DNA of 64,000 nucleotides from Candidatus Tenderia sp. Lineage in GTDB: Bacteria > Pseudomonadota > Gammaproteobacteria > Tenderiales > Tenderiaceae. The DNA is taken from assembly GCA_031416075.1 (NCBI GenBank), contig JANOSY010000017.1, positions 64,001 to 128,000 of the forward strand, given 5' to 3'. Below the pieces are notes generated by a model that saw nothing but the letters and a program-made list of their open reading frames with translations, did no database searches and was not told the origin of the DNA. This document shows, piece by piece, positions 51,474 to 61,992 of the stretch; the stretch's first letter is position 1, and every line of letters starts with the position of its first letter. A program made the position numbers and the translations under genes.

Positions 51474-52612
51474 TCTACCGCTCCGCCCTTGCTCTCACCC
51501 TTAACATCAACCGCCTGGCCGGGACGCAACCGCTCGTTGCCACGAATCACCACCCGATCGCCCGCCTGCAATGGACCACGCACTTCAATGTAGTCACCCA
51601 CGGCCATGCCCGTCTCCACCGCCACCGGCTGCGCCAGATTGTCATCACCCACTCTGAAGAGCGAGGCACCGCCACGCCGCAGAACCAACGCATCCCGCGA
51701 GACGCTCAATACCTCGCGCGGTTTGGCCGAAGGCAGCGCCACCCGCAACGGCTGCCCCACTGTCCACGCCCCCTCGACCAGATCAATACGTAACATCAAC
51801 AGCCGCGAACGGCTATCCGCCACCGGCACCACGGCGCGGATTCGGCCCACGCCGTTGCCATTGTCCGATTGCAACTCCAGTCGCTGCCCTGCTGTGAGAT
51901 GAGAACGTAGCTTCAACGGTGCCGTCGCCTCAATCTCCATATCATGAGTGGCAACCAAATTCACCACCACATCACCCGCGCCGACCCACTCACCCGCCCG
52001 TTTGAGGCGAGCCGCCACCACCCCAGCAAAGGGGGCCTTAATCGCCGTGCGCGCCAACCGTTCACGCGCCAGATCCAGCCGCGCCACGGCGGCAGCCAGA
52101 GTGCTGGTGGCGATATCATGATCCGCACCGGTCTTTTCCAGCTGTGCTAGCGCCGCATTGTTCTGCTGTGCCAACTGATCCAGGCGCTGCATCTCGCGTT
52201 TGAGAAAGGTCAGATTGGCCTGTTCGCGCGCCACCGCCGCCTCGGCCTCGGCCACATCCACTTTGGGCAGCACATCGTCGATACGCGCCACCGTGGCACC
52301 GGCCGCCAAAATCGTGCCTTCGTCCGCCACCTTGAGCAGACGTCCGGCCACCTCGGCAGCGAGCTGTGCCTCGTTGCGACTGACCACACTGCCCGCCACC
52401 CAGGTGACAGGCGACAACATCCGTAGCGCCGCCTGCTCCACCACTACCGGTGTACTGCGCCCCCCCTCCGCGCCGTTCGCCTGTCCCAATGACAGGGCAA
52501 ACGCTAACGCAGCCCAACGGTACCTACCCTGGAATCGTCTCTGCACAAACAGCAAAACAATACTCCTTAATATAGTGCTAAGGAAACAGCACCCCGCCAC
52601 CCCAGACAACAC
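51470..52612 (-). CDS. RND efflux periplasmic adaptor (MFP) subunit
   Basis: AEVAGR, coiled coil, IKAPFAGVV, GDRVVIRG; 4-nt overlap with the permease; start uncertain. Confidence 0.9.
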   Translation of the reverse strand: MLSGVAGCCFLSTILRSIVLLFVQRRFQGRYRWAALAFALSLGQANGAEGGRSTPVVVEQAALRMLSPVTWVAGSVVSRNEAQLAAEVAGRLLKVADEGTILAAGATVARIDDVLPKVDVAEAEAAVAREQANLTFLKREMQRLDQLAQQNNAALAQLEKTGADHDIATSTLAAAVARLDLARERLARTAIKAPFAGVVAARLKRAGEWVGAGDVVVNLVATHDMEIEATAPLKLRSHLTAGQRLELQSDNGNGVGRIRAVVPVADSRSRLLMLRIDLVEGAWTVGQPLRVALPSAKPREVLSVSRDALVLRRGGASLFRVGDDNLAQPVAVETGMAVGDYIEVRGPLQAGDRVVIRGNERLRPGQAVDVKGESKGGAVE

Positions 52613-52857
52613 TCACTGGAAAAGGGCATGTGCACTCTACTGATTTAACCTACAATTGCGCCACAGAATACCGCAGCAATGCCACAATGGCATTACTATT
52701 CATAATCAATCACCTCTTGATAATCGGGTGGCTGGCGCGACTAGCGCCCCAATTTTCAGACAATTGCTCAACCAACCCTTGGGGCTTGCGTCCGTTATCC
52801 GATATAGTCTGAGGTGTGTACTTAAAAATCAGGCTTGAGGGGACCGATCTACCCAAG

Positions 52858-54714
52858 ATGAAATCTATAAAACTCAACATTCCACAACGGAATAATAACC
52901 CGGCGATCACCATTACCCCCAGTCTTGAGCAGATCAAGGCGGTGCTTCGGGAGCTGCCCCTTGCCAATCCGGAGAAGTGCTGTATCCAGATTTTGCAGGA
53001 GCTATTCCGTCTTAACCGGGCACCATTTGCGGTCAAGGCACGGATCGACATCATGGCGCTGCTGCTACCATCGATAGATGACATGATCAACAGCGTCCGC
53101 AACGGTTATATCAACGACTCACTGCCACTGAGCAACCGTCGCCAGCAGAGTGCCCAGCTGATCAACCGCCTGCTCACGGAGATGAGCTACGGCTACAAAA
53201 CCATCGTCCATGAGCTGCTCGAAGAAGAGGATAGTGCCAACACGGCAACCCGTGCCCATCTGCCACAGGCGATCTATTACGCCATGGGTTTTCTGGCACG
53301 GCTGCTGGTGGATGCCTACGCACTCTACATTCCAGAGCCGCCACAGATATGGCTGGAACTGAATCAACTCTATCTCTATGCCGAAAAGAACCAGCTGCAT
53401 GATATCGAGCTGAACCCGATCAACCCCATACATGAGCCAAAACCAGCCACCATCATCAACAGTTACCGCCGCATCGTGCTGCTGGCAATCGCCAACCCCT
53501 ACCATCTGATGCTGGGCGAGACGGTCAAAATGTATAAAAACCTGATCGACTGGGCACCCCAGTGCCGCATCCTTAACCTGAGCAACAACCGTCTGCCTGA
53601 GGGCAAGCTGTTTGTCGACCTGACCATGGATGCACCGCCACTTTACGCCCCCAAAACCTCCAGTAAACTGCGCCCGATCGAAGGGCGGCAGATAGAGATA
53701 AAAGAGCTGCTGACACTTGTCAGCCAGGAGACCCGCCGCCTGACACTGGCCAAACAGCGTGATTCACTCAGCCACAATCTGGCCAAGCGGATGGAGCGCG
53801 ACATGTACTTCCGCTGGGCCGAAGCGTGGGGCATCCGGCGCGAGCGACTCAGCAACCGCAAACCGGTAGAGCTGCCTGCACGTATGATCTGCGGCCTGAC
53901 CGCCACCCACCACTTTGTCAGTGGCGAAAAAGTGTTCCGGCCGGAAGAAGATGAGCTGCAAATCCGTGGTCGTAACGCCCACGCAGGCGGCAGCACGCTG
54001 ACCCTGCTGGAGGAGGAGCAGACCCCCTGGGCCTTTGAAGACCCACAGAAACATGTGCTCACCTCACTGCATCAACCACGCAAATCACAGTTCAATGCCC
54101 AGCAGGGGGCCCATGAGCGCAATCTCTGGATCAAGGTTTACGCCAACTCCACCCAGGCTATTGATGAGTTTATTACCAACGAGGCCACTCTTTTTGAGTT
54201 TCATGGCTGCGACATCGTCAACTCAAACCAGGGCGGGTTTGGCATTATCTGCCCCCGTTCAAGCCAGCTGCCCGCCCGGGTCGGCGACCTGCTCTCGGCA
54301 CGAACAGAGGGTAACAGCGCCTGGGCCATTGGCCGGGTACAGTGGATGAAGATCAATGGTGACAAGGATGTCTCACAAGGCATCAAGCTGATTGCTGAAG
54401 ATGCACGGGTTATCGCCGTCAAAGCGGTTCAGGGCGTTGGCTGTGGTGGTGAATACTACCGCAGCCTGCTGATTCCCGATCTCGATCCAAAAGAGCATCC
54501 CACCACCATGATCACACCGGCAGCGGTCTATGACATCGGTTCGATTCTGAAAGTGGTGCTGGATGACGAGATTCTTCACGCCCGGCTACTGCGACAGCTC
54601 ACCGCCACCAGTTCGTTTTCACACTACCAGTTTGAGCTGGTTGCACAACCCGTTACCGAAAAAACATTGACCAGTGATCAGGAGGACAAGCTCACCTCCA
54701 GACTCTTTCGCTAA
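52858..54714 (+). CDS. FimW-like putative c-di-GMP-binding protein (C-terminal PilZ-like region)
   Basis: ELPLANP, LLAIANPYHL, RRERLSNR, NSNQGGFG motifs. Confidence 0.6.
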   Translation: MKSIKLNIPQRNNNPAITITPSLEQIKAVLRELPLANPEKCCIQILQELFRLNRAPFAVKARIDIMALLLPSIDDMINSVRNGYINDSLPLSNRRQQSAQLINRLLTEMSYGYKTIVHELLEEEDSANTATRAHLPQAIYYAMGFLARLLVDAYALYIPEPPQIWLELNQLYLYAEKNQLHDIELNPINPIHEPKPATIINSYRRIVLLAIANPYHLMLGETVKMYKNLIDWAPQCRILNLSNNRLPEGKLFVDLTMDAPPLYAPKTSSKLRPIEGRQIEIKELLTLVSQETRRLTLAKQRDSLSHNLAKRMERDMYFRWAEAWGIRRERLSNRKPVELPARMICGLTATHHFVSGEKVFRPEEDELQIRGRNAHAGGSTLTLLEEEQTPWAFEDPQKHVLTSLHQPRKSQFNAQQGAHERNLWIKVYANSTQAIDEFITNEATLFEFHGCDIVNSNQGGFGIICPRSSQLPARVGDLLSARTEGNSAWAIGRVQWMKINGDKDVSQGIKLIAEDARVIAVKAVQGVGCGGEYYRSLLIPDLDPKEHPTTMITPAAVYDIGSILKVVLDDEILHARLLRQLTATSSFSHYQFELVAQPVTEKTLTSDQEDKLTSRLFR

Positions 54715-54731
54715 CAACGGAGATAGAACGT

Positions 54732-55085
54732 ATGGCTGTTACCCCCGTGCCCCGCATTAAAAATAACGATGTGCTCTATCGCCTACTGCGCGATGGCAAA
54801 ATTGTGGAGTTCAATCAGCAGCGTAGCCACAATGCAACGCTCGACCTCATCAACTGCGATTTCAGGGGCGTTGACCTGCGTGGGCTGGACGCAGCAGGGT
54901 TAGATTTAACCGGTGGCTATTTTCGCCAGGCCGACCTGCGCGGCATTGATTTCACCCTAACCAAAATGGAGGGGGCCAGCATCAACAGCGCCAAAATTTC
55001 CGGCACCTACTTCCCCGCAGAGTTAAGCGCCACTGAAATCGAGCTCTCGCTGATTCACGGTACCCGGATGCGCTACAACAGATAG
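54732..55085 (+). CDS. Pentapeptide repeat protein
   Basis: CDFRG VDLRG LDAAG LDLTG ... ADLRG repeats. Confidence 0.85.
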   Translation: MAVTPVPRIKNNDVLYRLLRDGKIVEFNQQRSHNATLDLINCDFRGVDLRGLDAAGLDLTGGYFRQADLRGIDFTLTKMEGASINSAKISGTYFPAELSATEIELSLIHGTRMRYNR

Positions 55086-55101
55086 CCCCTCCACACTGGC
55101 A

Positions 55102-55136
55102 GCAGAGGATGGAACACCCCCTGTTCCATCCTCTGC
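55102..55136. repeat. 15-bp perfect inverted repeat (hairpin, no U-tract)
   Basis: GCAGAGGATGGAACA-CCCCC-TGTTCCATCCTCTGC. Confidence 0.7.
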
Positions 55137-55229
55137 CAACCATCACAAAACAGCAATTGTGTTTGGTATCCTGCCCATTTCGTGATACCTAATGGGGCTG
55201 CTTAATCAGTAGTATGCCAGCCCATAGCG

Positions 55230-58200
55230 ATGCCGCAGCCACCCTCATCAGAGAGACCCACCACCCCGCCAGCAGATGCTGCCGCGCAACGGGTTGTTAA
55301 AGTCCGGCGCGACTACAACACCTGGGTCGCCAACGAAACCCTGGAGGATTACGCGCTCCGTTTTACACCCCGGTCGTTCCGTAAATGGTCAGAGTGGCGG
55401 GTCGCCAATACCGCCTTTGGCGCGGCGGCGTTTCTGGTGCTGGAGGCGATTGGCGGCACCCTCGCCCTCAACTACGGTTTTACCAACGCCTTCTGGGCGA
55501 TACTCGCCGCCGGGCTGATCATATTTCTCACCGGCCTGCCCATCAGCTACTACGCCGCCAAGTATGGCGTGGATATGGACCTGCTGACCCGTGGCGCAGG
55601 CTTTGGTTACATCGGCTCCACCATCACCTCGTTTGTCTACGCCTCCTTCACCTTTCTGCTGTTTGCGCTGGAGGCGGCCATCATGGCCTATGCCCTGGAG
55701 CTATACTTTCACATTCCGCTCTATCTCGCCTATCTGGTCAGCGCCCTGGTGGTGATTCCACTGGTCACCCACGGCATCACCCTCATCAGTCGCATCCAAC
55801 TGATCACCCAACCGCTCTGGTTGATCATGATGGTCTTGCCGCTGCTGATGGTGCTGCACAAAGAGCCCGACCTCATCTCCGGTCTGGTCAATTTTGGCGG
55901 CAAGGCCGACACCACCCACTTCAACATCTACCTGTTTGGCACCGCCAGCGCCGTGGTGGTGGCGCTGATCACCCAGATTGGTGAACAGGTCGACTACCTG
56001 CGTTTCATGCCCGAGAAGAGCGCCAAAAACCGCCTGCGCTGGTATGCCGGGGTGGTGGTGGCTGGCCCTGGCTGGGTGGTGATCGGCGTGATCAAGATGC
56101 TGATCGGCGCCATGCTCGCCTACCTCGCCATCCGCCATGGCTTTATTGCCGACGACGCCAACAACCCCACCCAGATGTACCTGCTCGGCTACAGCTACGT
56201 CTTTGATGACCGCGACTGGGCCATCCTGGCGACGGTGCTGTTTGTCTGCATCTCCCAGATCAAGATCAACATGACCAACGCCTACGCCGGTTCGCTGGCG
56301 TGGTCCAACTTTTTTGCCCGCCTCACCCATAGCCACCCCGGCCGGGTGGTCTGGATGGTCTTTAACGCCCTGATTGCGGTAATGCTGATGGAGCTGAATG
56401 TCTTCCACGCCCTGGAGCAGGTGCTGGCCCTCTACGCCAACATCGCCATCTCCTGGATTGCCGTGGTGGTGGCCGATCTGGTCATCAACAAACCGCTCAA
56501 ACTCAGCCCCCCCGGCATCGAATTCAAACGCGCCTACCTCTACGACATCAACCCGGTTGGCGTGGGCGCGATGGGGCTCGCCTCGCTGCTCTCCATCTGC
56601 GCCTTCTTTGGCGCCTTTGGTGAACAGGCGCAACCCTTCTCCACCTTCATCGCCTTGATCACCGCCCTCATCACCTCGCCCTTGATCGCCTGGTATACCG
56701 ACGGAAAATATTACATCGCACGGCAACCGGCCGCGTTCAACAGCGCCGCCGGTCTGCTGCGCTGCTGCATCTGTGAACGGGAGTACGAACCGGAAGACAC
56801 CGCCCACTGCACCGCCTATCAAGGCCCCATCTGCTCACTCTGCTGCACCCTTGACGCCCGCTGCAACGACCTCTGCAAACCGCAAGCGGCACGGGTCGCG
56901 GTGCAGAGCGCAACACTGATGCGCAAACTGCTGCCCAAAACGTTGTGGCAACCACTCGAAACCGGACTCGGCCACTATCTCTTGTTGATGGCCGCCATCG
57001 TCGGGCTGCTCGCCGCCGTGCTCGGGCTGATCTACTACCACCAGTTCACCCTGATCGAAGCGATGGCCATCTCGGTGCCCGCGATGCAGCTGCTGTTCCT
57101 CAAGATCTTTGCCGCGCTGGTGTTCCTCAGCGGCATCATCGCCTGGTGGCTGATCCTCACCAGCGAAAGCCGACGTGTGGCGCAAGAGGAGTCCAACCGT
57201 CAGACCAGCCTGCTGATGCAGGAGATCGAATCCCATCGCCGCACCGATGAGCAGTTGCAAAAGGCCAAACAGCAGGCCGACCAGGCCAACCAGGCCAAGA
57301 GCCGTTACATCACCACCATCAGCCACGAGCTGCGCACGCCACTCAACAGCATCCTCGGTTACGCCCAGATTCTGGATGCCGACAAATCAATCCCGGCCCA
57401 TCGTCGCCAGGCGGTCAGCATCATCCGTCGCAGCGGCGACCACCTGCTGTCACTGATCGAAAGCACACTCGACATCGCCCGCATCGAAGGGGGGCGCGTC
57501 AAGCTCGAAGCCAAGCCACTGCACTTCACCGACTTCCTCAAACAGATCGTGCGTATGTTTGAACTCCAGGCCCTCAACAAAGGGATCGACTTCCACTACG
57601 AACCCGCCGACAAATTGCCGCTGGCCGTGCGTGCCGACAAACGCCGCCTGGGGCAGATCCTGATCAACATCCTCGGCAACGCCGTCAAATTCACCCAGCA
57701 CGGCCAAGTGACATTCCAGGTGCGGCACGTGCGTGAAATGGCGATCTTCGAAATCAAAGACTCCGGCCCCGGCATCCCGCCGCAAGAGCTGGAGCAGATC
57801 TTCGAACCGTTTGCCCGCGGCAGTAACAGCAGCAGCACCAGCAGCAGCGGCACCGGTCTGGGGCTAACCGTCAGCAACATGCTCACCAACCTGATGGGCG
57901 GCGAGCTATCAGCACACAGCGCACAAGGGGCAGGCAGCACCTTTCAGATACGGCTGTTCCTGCCCGAAGTGCGCGACTTCAAACCCAGCAAGGCAGAGAC
58001 AACACAACGCATCGGTTATGTGGGCAAACGCCGCAGCGTGTTGATTGTGGACAACGAAGCCGTCGATCGAGAACTGCTCGCCAGCGTGCTGGAGCCACTA
58101 GACTTCCAGGTACAACAAGCCGCCTCCGGCGCCGAGGCACTGGCAATGCTGCACGACTTCACACCCGACCTGATCCTGATGGATCTCGCCATGCCCGGCA

Positions 58201-58670
58201 TCGACGGCTGGGAGACCATCCGCCGCATCCGCCAGCAACAACTCACCACCGCACAGATCGCCATCGTCTCCGCCAACGCCTTCGACAAAGGGTTGGAAAA
58301 CGACGCCGGCATCACCCCCGACAACTTCATCGTCAAACCGGTGCAGGTAGATGAGTTTCTCGACTGGCTCGGTGCTTGTCTCAATCTTGAATGGATAAAA
58401 CAGGAATTTGAGACACTGCAAGATCTCGTCATCGCAGATGATTACACAGAGATGCACTACCCACCCGAAACGCTACTGCGCGACCTGGATGAGGTAATCT
58501 CATTAGGCTACGTGCGCGGCATACTAAAAAAATGTGACGAGATCGAAGCCGCCGACAAACAACACAACCACTTTGTCAGCGCCATACGCACACTCACCAG
58601 CCAGTTTCAGATGGAGGCGTTAGCGCAACTAGTAAAAGAGGGATTGATCCGTGCCAGAACACCATCCTGA
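55230..58670 (+). CDS. Hybrid sensor histidine kinase with an N-terminal NCS1/purine-cytosine permease-like domain
   Basis: Multi-TM permease region, Cys cluster, ISHELRTPL H-box, GNAVKF, GTGLGL, REC domain (LMDLAMP). Confidence 0.9.
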   Translation: MPQPPSSERPTTPPADAAAQRVVKVRRDYNTWVANETLEDYALRFTPRSFRKWSEWRVANTAFGAAAFLVLEAIGGTLALNYGFTNAFWAILAAGLIIFLTGLPISYYAAKYGVDMDLLTRGAGFGYIGSTITSFVYASFTFLLFALEAAIMAYALELYFHIPLYLAYLVSALVVIPLVTHGITLISRIQLITQPLWLIMMVLPLLMVLHKEPDLISGLVNFGGKADTTHFNIYLFGTASAVVVALITQIGEQVDYLRFMPEKSAKNRLRWYAGVVVAGPGWVVIGVIKMLIGAMLAYLAIRHGFIADDANNPTQMYLLGYSYVFDDRDWAILATVLFVCISQIKINMTNAYAGSLAWSNFFARLTHSHPGRVVWMVFNALIAVMLMELNVFHALEQVLALYANIAISWIAVVVADLVINKPLKLSPPGIEFKRAYLYDINPVGVGAMGLASLLSICAFFGAFGEQAQPFSTFIALITALITSPLIAWYTDGKYYIARQPAAFNSAAGLLRCCICEREYEPEDTAHCTAYQGPICSLCCTLDARCNDLCKPQAARVAVQSATLMRKLLPKTLWQPLETGLGHYLLLMAAIVGLLAAVLGLIYYHQFTLIEAMAISVPAMQLLFLKIFAALVFLSGIIAWWLILTSESRRVAQEESNRQTSLLMQEIESHRRTDEQLQKAKQQADQANQAKSRYITTISHELRTPLNSILGYAQILDADKSIPAHRRQAVSIIRRSGDHLLSLIESTLDIARIEGGRVKLEAKPLHFTDFLKQIVRMFELQALNKGIDFHYEPADKLPLAVRADKRRLGQILINILGNAVKFTQHGQVTFQVRHVREMAIFEIKDSGPGIPPQELEQIFEPFARGSNSSSTSSSGTGLGLTVSNMLTNLMGGELSAHSAQGAGSTFQIRLFLPEVRDFKPSKAETTQRIGYVGKRRSVLIVDNEAVDRELLASVLEPLDFQVQQAASGAEALAMLHDFTPDLILMDLAMPGIDGWETIRRIRQQQLTTAQIAIVSANAFDKGLENDAGITPDNFIVKPVQVDEFLDWLGACLNLEWIKQEFETLQDLVIADDYTEMHYPPETLLRDLDEVISLGYVRGILKKCDEIEAADKQHNHFVSAIRTLTSQFQMEALAQLVKEGLIRARTPS

Positions 58671-59592
58671 CCAGACCACTATCGGAACAGTTCTGATCGT
58701 GGACGACATTCCAGAAAACCTATCGCTGCTGCACGACGCACTCGACGAAGCAGACTACAAAGTACTGGTCGCCACCAACGGCGAAAGCGCCATTCAACGC
58801 GCACGCCAGGGCGCACCCAATGTCATCCTGCTCGACGCCATGATGCCCGGCATGGACGGCTTTGAAGTCTGCCGCCGCCTCAAGGCCGACTACACCACCC
58901 AACAGATCCCCATCATCTTCATGACCGGACTCACAGAGTCGCAACACGTCGTCGCCGCCTTTGATGCTGGCGGCACCGACTACGTCACCAAACCGATCAA
59001 ACCGCCCGAAGTGCTTGCCCGCATCAACGCACACCTGCAACGCGCCCGCGCCACCTCCCAGGCACGCACAGCACTCGACGCCTTTGGCCAGGCCACCATC
59101 GCCATCAACCTGCACGACAAAATACTCACCTGGCAAACGCCGTTAGCACGACAGATGCTACACGAGTTTTTTGATGCGCCTGACGGAGTAGCACCCGCGC
59201 AACTGCTGGAGTGGCTGCACAACACCATCGACGCACGGGCAGCGGGCAACGCCCCAACACCACTGCAAAAAACGGACAACAACAAACGGCTCATCGTCAC
59301 CCTCTCAGCCCACACCGACGAAGGCGAATGGCTGCTCATGCTGCGCGAAGAGTCCGACGCCGCACAGATCGAAACACTCATCAGTGCCTTCAAACTCACG
59401 CAGCGCGAAGCAGAAGTGCTCTACTGGGTAGCCAAAGGCAAAACCAGCCGCGACATCGGCGACATCCTCGGCAGCAGCCCACGCACCGTCAACAAACACC
59501 TCGAACACATCTTTACCAAACTCGGCGTAGAGACACGCACCGCCGCAGTGGCGATGGCGATGGAAAAATTTCGCACCGGCCTGACAACCTAA
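58651..59592 (+). CDS. Response regulator (REC + LuxR HTH)
   Basis: LIVDD, LLDAMMP, KP, LTQREAEVL..GKTS.DI..L..S.RTV.KH. Confidence 0.93.
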   Translation: MPEHHPDQTTIGTVLIVDDIPENLSLLHDALDEADYKVLVATNGESAIQRARQGAPNVILLDAMMPGMDGFEVCRRLKADYTTQQIPIIFMTGLTESQHVVAAFDAGGTDYVTKPIKPPEVLARINAHLQRARATSQARTALDAFGQATIAINLHDKILTWQTPLARQMLHEFFDAPDGVAPAQLLEWLHNTIDARAAGNAPTPLQKTDNNKRLIVTLSAHTDEGEWLLMLREESDAAQIETLISAFKLTQREAEVLYWVAKGKTSRDIGDILGSSPRTVNKHLEHIFTKLGVETRTAAVAMAMEKFRTGLTT

Positions 59593-59595
59593 CTT

Positions 59596-59653
59596 GTATC
59601 AACAATGTTGCAACATCGCTTTCGCCGGCCTATAGTATCTACATTAACGATAC
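59596..59653 (+). promoter_or_regulatory. mazEF promoter with operator-like palindromes
   Basis: TTGCAA-17 nt-TATAGT; GTATCAACAATGTTGCAAC and GTATCTACATTAACGATAC overlap the -35 and -10/+1. Confidence 0.65.
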
Positions 59654-59668
59654 GCAAGGAGATTCAAT

Positions 59669-59911
59669 ATGCGCGTAACAATTAAAAAGTGGGGCAACAG
59701 TGCATCCGTTCGGATACCTGCATCGGTAATGCAAGCCGCCCACCTACAGTTGGATGAGGATGTCGAGGTCCGAGAAGAAGATGGTCGAATTGTTATAGAA
59801 CCCGTTCGCCCAGCTTTATATGATCTTTCCCTGCTCCTGGATGGCATCACCGCTGACAACATGCACACAGAAGTTGATTTCGGGGCGCCAGCTGGAAAGG
59901 AACTGCTCTAA
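59669..59911 (+). CDS. mazE: MazE (AbrB-type) antitoxin
   Basis: KKWGNSASVRIP, LLDGIT..N.H.EVDFG...GKE. Confidence 0.93.
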   Translation: MRVTIKKWGNSASVRIPASVMQAAHLQLDEDVEVREEDGRIVIEPVRPALYDLSLLLDGITADNMHTEVDFGAPAGKELL

Positions 59912-60243
59912 TGCCAAACCGCTATGTACCTGAGTCAGGCGATATTGTTTGGCTACAGTTCGACCCCCAGGCAGGTCATGAACAGGCGGGCCATCGACCG
60001 GCATTAGTGATCAGTCCCGCATCCTACAATGGCAAAACAGGTCTTATGGTCTGCTGCCCCATGACCAGCAAAATCAAAGGCTACCCATTCGAAGTTGTCA
60101 TTGGTAAAGGTCGTGAAGGCGCGGCACTGGCCGACCAGATAAAAAGTCTGGATTGGCGGGCACGTAAAGCAACCCGCAAAGGTAAAGCCTCGGGATCTGA
60201 GCTACAGGAGGTTAAGGCCAAGATCGCAGCTCTATTGTTATAG
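59911..60243 (+). CDS. mazF: MazF endoribonuclease toxin
   Basis: GDIVWLQFDPQAGHEQAGHRPALV, DQIKSLDWRAR; overlaps the mazE stop. Confidence 0.95.
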   Translation: MPNRYVPESGDIVWLQFDPQAGHEQAGHRPALVISPASYNGKTGLMVCCPMTSKIKGYPFEVVIGKGREGAALADQIKSLDWRARKATRKGKASGSELQEVKAKIAALLL

Positions 60244-60480
60244 CAAGAGCTATTAGAATCTCTACATCATTTAAAAAGCATCCACTTACATAAAAAATAC
60301 CTGCTTGAAAAATTAGGGAATCGCTTAAAATGACACGCCAATATTAAAAATTTCCCCCTGTTGTCAGGCCAACAAAGTATATGTAGCCATGCTTTTTTGT
60401 CATTCACAGGGGAACCGAGTATAAACTCTAAAGCAGGTAACATCCTAAACCGGGGTGTTTAAACATGTTATAAAACAATA

Positions 60481-61119
60481 ATGAGCCTAGATCTAATCAC
60501 AATAATTTTATCCCTGATTTCCCTCTACGTCTCAGTCAGAGTCGCTTGGGAAACAAGCTTCAGACCTGCAAAAATTGTAGCCGTCATGCCGCATTGCGTA
60601 ATGTGGCAATTCTCATCATGGAAAGGAGACAGACCAACTGGTGATGTGATTAGCCGGCAAATGACGCCGTATCTTAGGATTAGAAATTTTGGTATAAAGC
60701 CTGTTGTTATAGAAGACCTCAGAATTAAATTCAAAACCCAAAATTCTGCTGTATTCGCTTATCCTGTTAACAAGGTAGCGGATGAAGTTATAGAGGCACC
60801 AGGAAATAATAATCAGCAGCTTGGCTTGGGTCAAGGCGCTCCATTTTGCGGGATTTTCTTAGCCGCGAATCAAGAATGGAAAAATTCATATGCATTTTCC
60901 ATGAGCGTAAATGACTACGAAATACTAATCCAAGACGTAAATGTATATGTTGAAATTAGAACAGGAGGAAGCAATAAATGGAAAACAATACACAAGGATA
61001 TTTTTTCGTTCGGTAGCATGCCATATCATTTGCGCCCATTAAAAACTGATACTACCGCTACTGGATCTAGGAATAGCCATGTTTATTCTAAAAGATGGAA
61101 TGATGCACATGGAAAATAA
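60481..61119 (+). CDS. Hypothetical protein with an N-terminal TM segment, integron gene cassette
   Basis: AT-rich ORF preceded by GTTATAA and followed immediately by an attC. Confidence 0.7.
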   Translation: MSLDLITIILSLISLYVSVRVAWETSFRPAKIVAVMPHCVMWQFSSWKGDRPTGDVISRQMTPYLRIRNFGIKPVVIEDLRIKFKTQNSAVFAYPVNKVADEVIEAPGNNNQQLGLGQGAPFCGIFLAANQEWKNSYAFSMSVNDYEILIQDVNVYVEIRTGGSNKWKTIHKDIFSFGSMPYHLRPLKTDTTATGSRNSHVYSKRWNDAHGK

Positions 61120-61122
61120 GTT

Positions 61123-61186
61123 TTCTAACAACTCGTTTAAGTTATGCTCACGCTAATCACACGGCCACTTAACTCAAACGTTAGGC
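61123..61186 (+). mobile_element. Integron attC site
   Basis: TTCTAAC(R'')-AACTCGTTTAAGT...ACTTAACTCAAAC-GTTAGGC(R'), 64 bp, 3 nt after a stop codon. Confidence 0.8.
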
Positions 61187-61392
61187 CAGCACATTTTAAG
61201 AGCAGTATGATGAATAAAACAATCTTAACCACGAGCATTCTGTTGTTATCCTTACTCTCAGGCCAGAGTAATGCAGATAATATTTCTAGATATGCAATAG
61301 GTAGTACCGGCTATCTAATGAAGCAATAAGCAATAGGGGACAGACCACTGTATTTTCCTAAATACTGATCCAACCAATCAAAAGGAAACACC

Positions 61393-61992
61393 ATGATCGT
61401 AATTGACAAAGACGGAAAGGTCGTTGATAAAAAAATAAAATTAAAAATAGTTCCTGCGATTGAGAAAAATCCAATGGCAAAAGTCAGAGGAATAATAATA
61501 CATCAAACAGGAGGGTCAACCGCCGAATCCGCATTCAACAGTTATAAAACGGGTAGCGCGGGTGCTCATTTCCTTATCGATAAAGATGGGGCAATTTATC
61601 AAACTGCTTCAGTTATAAAACAGACTTGGCATGTTGGTAAGTTAAGATCACGGTGCCTGGCAGAAATGACATGCACGGCAACAGAACTCAGTTTACTCAA
61701 AAAATTCGATCCTACTCGGACACATCGTAGAGAAACAGGAAAGAACGTTCCCGATCGATACCCTTCAAACCAAGATAGTATAGGCATCGAAATTGTAGGC
61801 CAGGCGTTACCTTTAACGGAACCCGATCCAGATAAAAGAAGTTATGAGGCACTAACCAAAGAACAGAGCGAACAGCTAAAGTGGCTTATTCAGGAGCTAA
61901 GGGCATCCCTTAAGGTACCTTTGACAGAAATTTTTCGGCATCCTACGGTCTCTTATAAGAACAAAACAGAGGCGGGGAATGCGTCATGGTGA
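61393..61992 (+). CDS. N-acetylmuramoyl-L-alanine amidase (Amidase_2/PGRP-like)
   Basis: IIIHQT, AHFLIDKDG.IYQ, WHVG, NQDSIGIE, IFRH; AAGGA RBS; no signal peptide. Confidence 0.85.
   Translation: MIVIDKDGKVVDKKIKLKIVPAIEKNPMAKVRGIIIHQTGGSTAESAFNSYKTGSAGAHFLIDKDGAIYQTASVIKQTWHVGKLRSRCLAEMTCTATELSLLKKFDPTRTHRRETGKNVPDRYPSNQDSIGIEIVGQALPLTEPDPDKRSYEALTKEQSEQLKWLIQELRASLKVPLTEIFRHPTVSYKNKTEAGNASW

Noticed and set aside
55701-56822. 373-aa minus-strand ORF (and similarly 50622-51593 +)
   Set aside because: Antisense shadows of the GC-rich kinase and RND genes.
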